Below are positions 21,401 to 28,813 of a stretch of 64,000 nucleotides of DNA, piece by piece; the first letter of the stretch is position 1, and each line of letters begins with the position of its first letter. The DNA comes from Cenarchaeum sp. (GTDB taxonomy: Archaea; Thermoproteota; Nitrososphaeria; Nitrososphaerales; Nitrosopumilaceae). The notes beneath the pieces are model-generated. The model was not told the DNA's origin. It ran no database searches and saw nothing but the letters and a program-made list of their open reading frames with translations. The stretch covers positions 1,984,001 to 2,048,000 of the forward strand of contig CBDESU010000001.1 of the NCBI GenBank assembly GCA_965242695.1, read 5' to 3'. Both the position numbers and the translations under genes were made by a program.

Positions 21401-22414
21401 AAAGACGTAGTAGCCGTAGCCGCATGACGGAAACGGATCGGACAGCGCCTGCGACGACACGTTCAGAAAGCCAGCCCGCGTATAGCGGGCCGTCGCATGG
21501 CCGTCTTCGCCCGTAAAGTTGAGTGCGGCAATGCCCCACGAGGCGCGTCTTTCGTCAATCTTGTCGCCCACGACGACGCCTGCGTACACGAGGCCCGAGT
21601 CCTCGTCGACCGTCAGGGCCATCGATATTGTGCCAACGGCATGCGCATTCCACCCGTCGGATCCGCTGTTGGTTCCAGTGCGGTTCGCCACGGCGGGCAA
21701 CAGCGTCGTTGTGTTTGTGTCGACGACCAGTATGGGCGCGCGCTCGGCTCCAATGTACGCCAAGTCGCGCCCCCTGTCGAGTGCAATGTCGTGTATCCAG
21801 AACCTGTCCGTGTCCCACAGCAACACATCGCTAGGCACGGGAACAGTCTCGTTGTAGTATAGGCGGATCGTCTTTGAGATCTCGTGGGTCTCTAGGTCTA
21901 TCGTGGTCAAGTTGGCCCTGCCTTGGGCGTCCCAGTTTAGCTCTGTCCACCCCTCCGAGCGGTCGCCCAGGCCCCACAGGTGCACCACATGGAGCTCGTT
22001 AGTCCGGTCGTTGATCTCAAAGCCGGCGATGCGGGTGTTGTACCCGATGTCGAACTTGAACTCTGCGATCGGCAGGTACCCGTTGGCAGAGCTGTTGTAC
22101 GCGTTGAGGTACGAATAGTTGAGGTCCCTCGAGCCCTGAATCGGATTGGTGGCGACGTATACGTACCCCGTGTCCGGGTCAGCTCGTATCTCGGCGGGCC
22201 ATATGTCCCGTATTGCGAGTGCCTCCGTGACGTGGTACACGCACTCGTCGCCGGCTGCCGCCGACGGGCATTCGGGCGCGCCGTCGGCAGACTGCGCGGA
22301 CGCCTCGCCTGCAAGGTGTCCTGGCGCCGCCAAGGCCGCGGCGGCCAGCGCCACCACGGCCACGACCGCCGCCACGCTGAAGCGCAGAGACATGGGCCCG
22401 CCTGCCGCGGTCAC
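12443..22414 (-). CDS. Giant secreted/surface protein (3323 aa): 2x[beta-propeller + right-handed beta-helix], Ig-like repeats, third beta-helix, type I periplasmic-binding domain with Cache-like insert, C-terminal beta-sandwich
   Basis: Uninterrupted 10-kb ORF; signal peptide; (L)QK.IDAAS.G....I..G.Y and FTGYS.I.(I/V)E recur three times; I..N.I beta-helix rungs; AYAAYDA...ILDANGDL end typical of LivJ-type binding domains. Confidence 0.9.
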   Translation of the reverse strand: MTAAGGPMSLRFSVAAVVAVVALAAAALAAPGHLAGEASAQSADGAPECPSAAAGDECVYHVTEALAIRDIWPAEIRADPDTGYVYVATNPIQGSRDLNYSYLNAYNSSANGYLPIAEFKFDIGYNTRIAGFEINDRTNELHVVHLWGLGDRSEGWTELNWDAQGRANLTTIDLETHEISKTIRLYYNETVPVPSDVLLWDTDRFWIHDIALDRGRDLAYIGAERAPILVVDTNTTTLLPAVANRTGTNSGSDGWNAHAVGTISMALTVDEDSGLVYAGVVVGDKIDERRASWGIAALNFTGEDGHATARYTRAGFLNVSSQALSDPFPSCGYGYYVFACDNSGGGTGGRGASDARIEALHLDRLNNKLFALYENHTVWAAPLDVNGLPESIEEVHVRTPDETGRSADRTIHDIALDSQRGLLYASLYDWTDPRVIVLNSETHVRVGVASTTSQTMEMGIDSSSGDVYVLPQWALGAYVIAGEPKTDLQKRIDAASDGDTITVEPGIYDNTVLDINKSLTLETASGQPGAAKFTGYSRIEIEADDVTVRGLSFENTDCMPGFGGSLVEIRTHGGVSRERVTIENNVFRDTCHAAIQKEGNGKLIDIAIRDNTFVNIGLKVPHGWTGPLDTGGENEFQIMHGAIGLSHHPGQNTISGQITGNFINGTSAAGIRVFNADNMEISDNYIANTPASAIGLPHGPRDVQVLRNTIVNANSEPDLDYLAGIEGSGDADYWRFFGSAVLHLRITLTPQDHPTYGDGLPAPDAAINVWSNGENIRVEENTIRGSDGAFTVCTGVCAFESDGLVRGGNRNIPSDTNIDGANIVFRSNVVYAHNGTDNNGVLIRSNVTQGTLDATGNSFPGYSAASDVPVLGAMDLGSSVLAQAVPDGEDAQCPSSADADRCTYHATGSFTAGDISPEIVRIDHVQGIAYVASQPFVGAASPEAVSLLAYDLDADNGYPLAKRFEPVGIDYPRIPAMEIDVDGRALYVIHAYNHTYDLGEQRPEGESDGTHASLAKIDLDSMEIAWSVPLNHTNRHGEVNERYDLYAIDLDPTNHAAYISTEGHRPDIVRDRNASPILVVNTNNGSLHPAVFHEGRHPYDHTASPTAIGHPSAVVANATASHSAYVVGRTGTFGSPLWGIATVSFEGGDGTVTPDYEILDFVPIVNGTGDHHTYNHRDQGHRNVWASDMILDDEHDKLYVLFENGTLLRYDVGTELDGETGLPRSPERVQGLPGDIQGIDLDAGNGVLYAVSYDRVRPSVYALRASDGSILGESSLSDQMRGLTVDRGDGTVYVSPQWTPSVYVIDPQPRTGLQKMIDAASAGSVVTIPDGTYADTVLVINKSLTLTSTTGEAGPATFTGYSRIQVESSGVTIRGLSFEDTDCMPGLPYNHIGIHNRIKLENIVIEDNRFADTCHAAVQTKGGKGLENAKVRFNELANVGTKIAPGKTEPLNTGGEDEWLYTHGGIGLSFHPGQDEVRNADISYNDIRRTSSAGIRVFNPDDVRIVGNTIQNTPEAGIALAHNKNYDESDVLIRANTIVNANTEPDMDYLDGVEGSGELSYYGAIGLDGKSLGGNITRPHYEKPTPSAAIKVWANLEGVTATDNAIRGSGGAFVACAGTCATESDGVIHSGPDNRDRWKVRNILLPAYDDGGFGSYSINVTANNFAFNWNAISGDNGLNGADLIANNATGVLDATNNYYPGMIAPEQIRSPDTVDYSTTARSIASVSPIPSPGVQGIGDAVGIAATFSKDTVVNTLHGKPSLLLSTGSATGTGTAVYRGASGNTLSFEYTVREDDRLGPDMLVRMDLNGALIDAEPNPDAVLELPAIGRVPAIDSVRPYVVNITTTTPAGSYYPGSAIEIIAAFSEDVVVAGGTPTLPLATDLPGSAASYSGGNGTSRIAFEYTVQGGDTADPLTNTATDLILAGGASIRDMAGNDAAPGLPGAGTGASLAETSGGRIVILDRDTTETAAEAAFSARNTIRIDYTAPLGPPSGYTGDVYGTIELSDGTTASPTDVDGLGTATHTVRFGGPGVSRSDTGTIALNTDLEGRSAGGTPQTFTDDTIPVRAGTFAVTVAPTGDAPVVAIERDGFVRQVDVVDGGETVRPAVNVSSLAEMPLEENGTNTVRLPGTDTVAIVASFAEVHFPPNVTATMVPADGLLELYVSPDRPTVQEVAEALGDAAPSGLEVLQVVEVGDSETRIVFDLPVRIVLDGQAGGSAFYVNTSDGSVVPIAAVCEADDTAAVHAQLGGSGECQRDSGGDKVIHTYHLTKFGTARAASALEAMVSSAPPGGTVQVQPGEYRAEVLIVDKPLTIEAADPDDRPVFTGYSHIIVEPSAAGPITIRNLAFMNTSHTSGAGGLASITVLSKTGSAAGAAPVTIEGNTFRDTCDSGIRAAADAGAPPIADLTISGNRFYDIGSNSAGCMSPSAPDRADAIVAGRHGPFTAGTTELANATIRDNYIFGTTYTGMRVAGADGLVIEGNHIEGVPDDGIRILPSRNVDVRSNTIIGANAAPHMPPDGAPAHDGLAGAAIEVWSGSDDVVVALNRISGSAGALSVCAGTCDPGADAADGTGGDPVAVGAAPLGSPDGANDVRFSHNTIDATNTAPLVANSAGGTLAARSNYYPGHAASVAAGTGIAATPGASVEYAPAIDDGGPVRVGVVVADAPGSPVRSIDAAAAVGFAAGAEAYNEGQARMGGLVGIEPVPYTVASPDLADSDAHTAALEALRTGANDDERMRPVLENSIARAIALYDGNATGGLEAISAMGAEYGHYPFATNRNGTLVAHGANPSLVGRADVVLGIAGGADGLRALYDFDDGTASEGIEGYPEARWKWWTYEFANPAAGGEMQSKRSIIVLHNGPDGVAGTADDLVFGAGHYPPGAPSHLLVAAGDAAAAADPTGGSGTVVSPTSTADVPALAAADSLFRLAPPDGTAAGVLAGLLGGDTSRVVVLNDSASLQSMSMAAALASPSSDASAGGRTVQVVSYDSASEDEGWAGAAMEAVNAAVDGGGTLANSTAVVYTGRAGAFAALAGTPAAGSASPGANWYATGELARAELGMPPPGLARATGLAVMSQHAAPSDVVDARLMAAMSSVVLDDSTRGPAYAAYDAAFLLGRSIAAAGSTAPRDAAPSDVSANMAEAARKYAGSALGGRIILDANGDLAMPARYSVSAVGADGSWSRIGEPREGAGTCSIDLEKAATDFGPLMPGQRSRADTQTVLNTGTTAYGDAGVSVSAGMWEHRPAAAANATAQPSTALDRGLTMYRMVQGAGAEYAGLGASTALSGSSLGPGEEIAVQFVVDLSSMPALAAGTMSQTLEYSVSCN

Positions 22415-22420
22415 CGCTTA

Positions 22421-22708
22421 CCCCCCCCCCCCAGCTCATTCGGCGCCATGTTGAGATGGATGGGCATCCGCCCGTATTGCCAGAGCATTGACGGGCCGGC
22501 GGCGCCGACAATGGGTATATGAGGGTTAAGCCCCCCCCCCCGCTCGAAAGTCCCGGCTTGTACTGTGCAGGACGGCGGCGCGGGCCAAGTGCAGTCCGCC
22601 GTGCCGCCATTCCATTGATCTGCAGGGGCGCACCGGACGGCCGAGGGAGAAGGCAGGCGCCGGAGTGCAGCGTGCGCGTCACATGCAGCGCCATGACCCC
22701 CCCCCCCC
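22421..22708. repeat. Three poly-C tracts (C12 22421-22432, C11 22531-22541, C12 22697-22708) upstream of the giant gene
   Basis: Read directly from the sequence. Confidence 0.9.
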
Positions 22709-22794
22709 TGCTCCCCCGCCGCGCCAGCCGCCCCGCACAACCCCGGCCGCCGCCCTGCAACGGTTAAATTCGGCGCTCCGGCGGCCGCTCCAAA

Positions 22795-23157
22795 ATGCCC
22801 GATCCCGATCCGCACAACTACCGGAAGGTCGGCTACGCCATGATCACCGTGGCGGCATCCCTCACGGCCATAGCCCTAGTCGGCCTGGCCATAGGCGAGG
22901 ACGTCCTGTACGCAGACAAGATACAGAGGGCAAAGACGGCGCACTTTGAGGAGTGCAAGGAGACGGGCTTTGCCGCCGAGAGCTGCCAGCCGTACGAGAT
23001 ACACATGAAGTTCGAGGAGTGCGTGGCCGACAGGTCGCTCGACGACGAGGAGTGCTACAAGTACAGGACATGGGTAGAGGCAGAGATATTCGAGGAGTGC
23101 AGGGTCGGCGACGCCGGCGACAGCCCGCTGTGCGCAAAGTACGAGGGGCTGTACTGA
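22795..23157 (+). CDS. Membrane-anchored Cys-rich hypothetical protein
   Basis: One N-terminal TM helix, three FEEC repeats; GTTAAAT box ~27 nt upstream. Confidence 0.8.
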   Translation: MPDPDPHNYRKVGYAMITVAASLTAIALVGLAIGEDVLYADKIQRAKTAHFEECKETGFAAESCQPYEIHMKFEECVADRSLDDEECYKYRTWVEAEIFEECRVGDAGDSPLCAKYEGLY

Positions 23158-23182
23158 CGGGCGCGCGCCCCGCCGTGGGCGG

Positions 23183-24424
23183 TCAAAACCCGCATGCGTG
23201 CGGGTCGGCCGGCTTTACGATCTCGCGCATGACGACCGTCGCGTACGAGCCGCGGCCGAGGGTGAACGAGACCGTGTCGGCGGCCGGCGACTCGACACCC
23301 GAGCACGACACGGCCGCCGAGCGCAGGCCCCCCTCCAGCGCGATCTCGGGCATGCCCTTGGCAAGAAAGCCGCGCGGTGCCATCCCGTCGCCTGCCATTG
23401 CATCCAGAACGGCCACCTCGAAGCGGGTCTTTTTGTAGTGGGTGTATCCGGCCAGCGGAATGGCCGGCACGGCTGAGGCGTCCGGCGCCGAGGAGAGCCG
23501 GTGCGGCTCGCCGTCGGGCCCGTACGAGACGTCGCCGGCGCGCGCCTCGAAGATGTCCCCGCCGGCGGCAAGTAGCGAGCTGGCCGCCGCATTGAACAGG
23601 TACGACTGGTACGCCTGCGCAAGGAACCGGCGCATCGCGGTCGGCACGGCGGCAAGAGCCCTGCGGGCGTCGCCGTGCCGGATCATCCCGTCCAGGACGG
23701 CGCGCTCGAGGTCCATGCCGCGCGGCAGCTCTTTTGCCGCCCGGGTATAGTTTGCCGGATCGGCCATCATGCGCCGCAGCTCGGCGCGCTCGGGATCGTC
23801 GTACGGCGACTCGAATGAGAGCAGGAGCGACACGGCCGTATCGTACTCGCCGAGCAAAAGGGCCCTGCCGATCAGGTGGGATACGGGGCGCGCCGAGCCG
23901 AACCGCTGGTACCCGTAGTAGTTGGCGATTCGCCCGTACGCGCCAAACGCGCCGACCGAACCCGATGCGCCGTCGACCCGTATCGTAAAGCGGTTGCCGA
24001 CCATGTCGGGGCCCGCAAGCGGGCGCGGAGAGTAGCCGACCAGTTCGAGCTCGACGGGCCCCGCCTCGATGCGCGCCGGGCGCGGCCCCCTCCTGCCCGC
24101 CGAGTACACATACTGCGACGTCTCGGCGGCCGCATCCTTTAGTCCGAGCGCCCTGAGGCGCAGGCCCGACCTTGCGCGCACCCTGGCCAGGGCGTGGGTC
24201 GTGTCTATGCCCCTCTTTCGCATGATGTACACGGCATGGCCCCCGCCGCCGCCCTTTTCTCCCCCTCCCGACTCGGGCGCAGATATCATCGACAGGGCGG
24301 CCGGGCGGAGCTCCTCGGCCACGGCAAAGTCGCCCGGCGACCGGCGCAGCGACCCGCCCGTGCCCGCGCCGGCCGTGCTGTACGCGAGCATGCCGATGCG
24401 CCGGTCCGCGTCCGGGGGGTCCAC
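23183..24424 (-). CDS. truD: tRNA pseudouridine(13) synthase
   Basis: DFAVAEE, GLKD, GNRFTI, NYYGYQRFG, QAYQSYLFN, FTLGRGSYATVVMRE. Confidence 0.95.
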   Translation of the reverse strand: MDPPDADRRIGMLAYSTAGAGTGGSLRRSPGDFAVAEELRPAALSMISAPESGGGEKGGGGGHAVYIMRKRGIDTTHALARVRARSGLRLRALGLKDAAAETSQYVYSAGRRGPRPARIEAGPVELELVGYSPRPLAGPDMVGNRFTIRVDGASGSVGAFGAYGRIANYYGYQRFGSARPVSHLIGRALLLGEYDTAVSLLLSFESPYDDPERAELRRMMADPANYTRAAKELPRGMDLERAVLDGMIRHGDARRALAAVPTAMRRFLAQAYQSYLFNAAASSLLAAGGDIFEARAGDVSYGPDGEPHRLSSAPDASAVPAIPLAGYTHYKKTRFEVAVLDAMAGDGMAPRGFLAKGMPEIALEGGLRSAAVSCSGVESPAADTVSFTLGRGSYATVVMREIVKPADPHACGF

Positions 24425-24470
24425 GGCGGCGGCCCGGCCGGCGCGCCAATAAAGGTAGGGAGGGCGGCGC

Positions 24471-25259
24471 CTACGGCCCCCCGGCCTCGCCGCCTCCCTT
24501 GCCGGCCCCCTCGTCGGGCAGCATTACCGATATGACGGTCGGGTTCGACGATGCCGATATCGAGCCGCCGTGCAGCTCGGCGGCCAGGCGGCAGTACGGA
24601 AGGCCCATCCCCGTGCCCGTCGCCTTTGTCGTGAACGCCGTCTCGAACGCCCTCTCCAGCGCGCCCGGCGGTATTCCCGGGCCGCCGTCGCGCACGCGCA
24701 CGACGGTGCCGCCGGCGAGCCTCTCGGCCGAGACGCGGACGGAGCCGCGGCCGCCCATCGCGTCTGCCGCGTTCGTCATCAGGTTGACCAGGACCATGCG
24801 GAGCATGCCGGGGTCGCAGTACACCTCGGCGTCGGGGTCGGGCCCCTCGATGCGGACTGCCGACGGGAGGCGCGCCGACGAGGCGGCGTCGGCGAGCAGC
24901 CTGGACAGCATGATGCGCCCCCTCACTGGGCTCCGGCTGCGCACCCGCTCGGCCATCTCGTCGATGCGGTTGCGCTCGCGCAGGCGCGACGCCCGGTCGT
25001 ACTTGCGCTTCATGGCCAAGATGGCGCCCATGAGCGCGATGGCCGCCACGTTGGTGCCGACCACGTACATGTCGCCCGTCTCCATTCCGTACGCGATCCA
25101 CAGGCAGGCTCCGGCCAGGATCGTCACGAGCAGGTACTTTGAGACGTCGCGGAGGCGCTTTGTCCTGTACCCGTGGAATATCTGGTGCGCCCACCCCGAC
25201 AGTATGAGTATGCCGGCGAGCACGCCGACTAGCGTGAGGGCCGCCCCTTCCAGTGCCAC
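24471..25259 (-). CDS. SemiSWEET/PQ-loop membrane domain fused to a histidine-kinase-type ATPase (HATPase_c)
   Basis: 3-TM unit HQIFHGYRTKRLRDVS...LWIAYG...VVGTN; N box NLMTNAADA, G1 DGGPG, F box AFETAFTT, G2 GTGMGL; GTG start ~25 nt after ATATTA. Confidence 0.85.
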   Translation of the reverse strand: MALEGAALTLVGVLAGILILSGWAHQIFHGYRTKRLRDVSKYLLVTILAGACLWIAYGMETGDMYVVGTNVAAIALMGAILAMKRKYDRASRLRERNRIDEMAERVRSRSPVRGRIMLSRLLADAASSARLPSAVRIEGPDPDAEVYCDPGMLRMVLVNLMTNAADAMGGRGSVRVSAERLAGGTVVRVRDGGPGIPPGALERAFETAFTTKATGTGMGLPYCRLAAELHGGSISASSNPTVISVMLPDEGAGKGGGEAGGP

Positions 25260-25772
25260 CGCGAGGGGCGGGGTGGCGCGACTAATATGCCGTGTGCGGG
25301 CTGTGAGGAGGCAGTGGACGGGGCGGACCGGCAGCCGGGCCCGGAGGCATACGCAGCGCCGGGCGGCGCCCTGCCCAGAGCAAGGCGTTCTTGGGGACAT
25401 GGACTGGGGGCCAGGCACGGACGCCCCAAGCGCCGCCGTTGGCGGCTGCGCGAAGCGGCCGCGCGGCAGCATTACCCTCTAGGCATCCCTGTACCGCCGC
25501 CCGGCCCGCCCTTGGCAGGCCCCCCTAGGGCGCAGCCTGCGCCCACGGGGCTGTCCCGCCAGTCTCGGGGTACGTTTCTGTAGGGGGTGCAGGGCGTTGG
25601 CATGCGGCACGATGTCACGCCCCGCGCATCGTGCACAGGGGTGCCTCAAGGCCAAGATCCGCCCGGCCCGCGATCGCCCGCTCGGTCGCGCCGCATCGAA
25701 AGCCCGCGTTGTTGGCTCGGGCGGCCGGCGAACGGCTTATATTGCCCGCATCGTTGCGCATCTTGAGTCGCC

Positions 25773-26840
25773 ATGTCGAAGCAAGAGTGCGCAGAGTTGC
25801 TGTACGACGGGGGCGTGGGGCTGAAGGGCATCGTCAGGGCCGCCGACGAGGCGGTCCCCATGGGCGGCGCAAGGATCAACGCGGTGGTGCTCCACTCGCG
25901 CAAGGATCCCGCTAAAGAGGTCACCGAGTGGGCCCCCGACGGCAGGTGCCCCGACGTGTCCCGCAGGAGAGGCAAGGCTGTGCTGACGCTCAACGGGCGG
26001 GGCGTCGACCCCGTCCGCATCGCGGTAGTGAAGAGCGACCGCGATCCGAATGTGTACTATGCGCTGAGCGACTGCCCATCCACAGACTTTAAGGGTCGGT
26101 TTGTGTCGCTGCTCGACGACCACGTCCCGACGATCACAAGGATGCACCTCTCAAACGCGGAGATTCGCAGTATCATAGGGGCGGCTGCCGAAGGCCGCGA
26201 CGTGCGGGTCAGGCTCGTGTCGAGCAGGTCCAGGCGCCGCGGCCGCAACGGGTTCGACTCGCGCGTGGATCGCATTGACGAACCGGCCGAAAGGTTCGCC
26301 GGCGCGGCCGGCGAAGGGAGCCGTGAGATCATGGCGGTGGAGCTTGCCTGCAGGCTCCGCGGCCAGGACGGCGGCAGCTCCGGGATGCTGACCGTATCTA
26401 GGGACGGTCGTTTTTCGGCCAGGCGCGGTGTGGGAGTCCTGTTCGGCGCAATTCTCCCGCGTGCCGCCGACCTGGCCGCCGGCAGGGCCGAAGTGTTGCT
26501 GGCATGTGCCAAGACGGCGAACCGGAAAATCTCTGATCAGTTGATCGTGAGGTTCAAGGAGCATGTGTTTGCCGACCGTGGCAAGAACCGCGCCCACATC
26601 GACGCGATCGGGGCCATGTCCCATACCGTGCTTGTCGACCACCGTGCGGACCCGTCCATACACATGTCGCTGGTAGACTACGGCGACTGCTCGGCGTACG
26701 GCATATGGGTGGTGGCAAACGACGAGATTACGATCATACCGAGCCTTTTTGCGAGCGACGCGTCCATGTCAAGGCTGGTCAACCACGTAATGGAAAAATT
26801 CGGCGATGCCACAGTCGAAATGTACAACGGTGGGCCGTAG
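25773..26840 (+). CDS. Hypothetical protein (355 aa), partner of the downstream nuclease-like gene
   Basis: CTTATATT box upstream; stop overlaps the next GTG; C-terminal L..FKE...D...AN...RL......FG pattern resembles 8394-9518. Confidence 0.85.
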   Translation: MSKQECAELLYDGGVGLKGIVRAADEAVPMGGARINAVVLHSRKDPAKEVTEWAPDGRCPDVSRRRGKAVLTLNGRGVDPVRIAVVKSDRDPNVYYALSDCPSTDFKGRFVSLLDDHVPTITRMHLSNAEIRSIIGAAAEGRDVRVRLVSSRSRRRGRNGFDSRVDRIDEPAERFAGAAGEGSREIMAVELACRLRGQDGGSSGMLTVSRDGRFSARRGVGVLFGAILPRAADLAAGRAEVLLACAKTANRKISDQLIVRFKEHVFADRGKNRAHIDAIGAMSHTVLVDHRADPSIHMSLVDYGDCSAYGIWVVANDEITIIPSLFASDASMSRLVNHVMEKFGDATVEMYNGGP

Positions 26841-27805
26841 TGGACAGTATTGATGCAACGAACGCAGAAATGCGCGCGTACGAGTTCACAGTCGAGGCGA
26901 TGATCTGCCTTGAAAGATCCTTCAAGGACATCGCCGGCGCAAGGTTCCGCCAGGGCCCGAGGATGCGCACGGTGAGTGGCGTGACAGTCACTCCAGACAT
27001 GACCCTCGAGGTGGCAGGAGGGCGGGGCAGTGCAGGATACCGCGCAGTGGGCGAGATCAAGTCGTCGTTCCCGCTACACAAGACGGCTGTCGATCAGATG
27101 GTCAGGCAGGTGCGGCACTACGACGGCGAGCTTGTCGGATGGGAACACGAGGCGCCGCACGGCGGCGGCGGTGGCGGCGGCGACGATCATGACACCATAA
27201 TAGTGGTAAGATCCAAGGATGCTCACGTCTTTGCCACCAGAATCCCCGCCGCTCTCATGGAGAGGGGCATAGATCTAGAAAACCCGCTCTCGATTCTGGA
27301 GATCATACGCAAGGAAAACAATGACGGGGTCGATCAAGTTGTTTTAAAGGGATCGTTTGGGGCGTTGTCTCACAAAAAAGCCCACGATGATCTTGGAAAG
27401 GGATGGTCGATCGATGCGAGAAATTTGACAAGCGAGGTTGACAAAACAAAATTTTACGACTCAAGGCCGCCTCTGCCGTATATTATGTCCGTACTATGGA
27501 CCCGAGTGTTTTTCAACCTGGTGCATGGCAAAAAGCGCAAAAGGCTTCGCATGAGCGCGGAAGTCTCCATCGATGTCGGGGTCGACAGGATACACCTCAT
27601 CGCCTCGAAGCTTGGGCCTTCGTCAAACCCGGGGTGTGTCAAGCGGGCGTGGATAAAGGATGCAATGGAAGAACTTGTGAGAGTCGGCCTTGCGGAAAAG
27701 TTAGGCGGAGACAAATACAGGGTATATTACTCGATGCGCGAATCTCAGCCGCTGGAATGGCTCGCGGGGCTGACCGCATCAAAGACGGGCAGTGCGGGAA
27801 CATAG
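26840..27805 (+). CDS. PD-(D/E)xK nuclease-like protein with winged-helix-like C-terminus
   Basis: VTPDMTLEV...AVGEIKSS; C-terminal WIKDAMEELVRVGLAEKLGGDKYRV; lower GC. Confidence 0.75.
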   Translation: MDSIDATNAEMRAYEFTVEAMICLERSFKDIAGARFRQGPRMRTVSGVTVTPDMTLEVAGGRGSAGYRAVGEIKSSFPLHKTAVDQMVRQVRHYDGELVGWEHEAPHGGGGGGGDDHDTIIVVRSKDAHVFATRIPAALMERGIDLENPLSILEIIRKENNDGVDQVVLKGSFGALSHKKAHDDLGKGWSIDARNLTSEVDKTKFYDSRPPLPYIMSVLWTRVFFNLVHGKKRKRLRMSAEVSIDVGVDRIHLIASKLGPSSNPGCVKRAWIKDAMEELVRVGLAEKLGGDKYRVYYSMRESQPLEWLAGLTASKTGSAGT

Positions 27806-28078
27806 GTGCTGAGCGCGAGCACGTCGAAAGGCTCGCCGCCGCGAAAGCTCGGTCCCGCCAATCCCGGGCGGTAGCGGCGGGGCGCCGGCGGATTTTCGAC
27901 ATCCAATCCATCCCCTGTCGCTCTGGGGCGATGCGGCGCATCGGCCCGAACCGCCCAAGTCGGCGCATGCGACGCCCTCCCGCCACGGCGGCGCGCCGGC
28001 CGATCGTATCGAGAGGCGGCCGGCGGGCGCGGCCGGCGGGCGGGGTAGGTTTAATTTCGGCGCGGCGCGGCCGGCGCC

Positions 28079-28813
28079 GTGGCATCCGGCGCGCAGACAC
28101 CGGCGGCGGCCGGCGCGCCGGGCGGCGGGGACAGCCAGCCCCCAAGGTACGTCGAGGTCGAGTCGATGCTCGAGTTTGCGCGGCTCGTGTGCGCGCTCGA
28201 GCGGTTCCCGCACGCATCGTTCCTGCACGATCACGGCGGCAGGCGCGTCCTGTCGGCCCAGGTCGACGTGCTCGAGGACGTGCCTGTCATCTACTACGCG
28301 CCGCTCGGGGAGGAAGAGGGGGGCGCGGGCGAAAACTACCTGTCGTACGCGGCGCGCGGCGGCCGCGAGGAGGCGCGCATGGTCGGGTCGGCCGGCGATG
28401 CGAGCATCGCGTACTCGCCCATAGTCCGCGTAAGGTCGCTGCCGGCAAGCCTCAGGCCCGGCGCGGGCGGCCCCGGCCCGCTGTACCACCCCGTCGCGCT
28501 CGAGGACATGGCGAGCCTCGCAAGGCTGTCGTACGCGTTCGAAGAGTCGCCGTTCCCGCTGTTTGCGTACCCGCGCGGCGAAGAGTGGCTCGTCGGCATG
28601 TTCATGACGCTCAGCGAGAGCGGCGCGTCGTACTTTTGCCACGCGCGCGCCGGCGGGGACGGCGGCGGGCCGTCGGCCCCGTTCCTACGCTTCTCGGCTA
28701 GCAGCGGCGCGGCGCCGTCGTTTGTCGGGACGCCCGACGAGCACGGGTACAACTACGCAAAGGTGATAAGGCTGCGCGGGGCGCATCCGCTAGTCGACGA
28801 TGCGCAGCTATAG
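28079..28813 (+). CDS. Conserved hypothetical protein upstream of pyrF
   Basis: TTTAATTT box ~25 nt upstream; host-like codon use; overlaps pyrF. Confidence 0.8.
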   Translation: MASGAQTPAAAGAPGGGDSQPPRYVEVESMLEFARLVCALERFPHASFLHDHGGRRVLSAQVDVLEDVPVIYYAPLGEEEGGAGENYLSYAARGGREEARMVGSAGDASIAYSPIVRVRSLPASLRPGAGGPGPLYHPVALEDMASLARLSYAFEESPFPLFAYPRGEEWLVGMFMTLSESGASYFCHARAGGDGGGPSAPFLRFSASSGAAPSFVGTPDEHGYNYAKVIRLRGAHPLVDDAQL

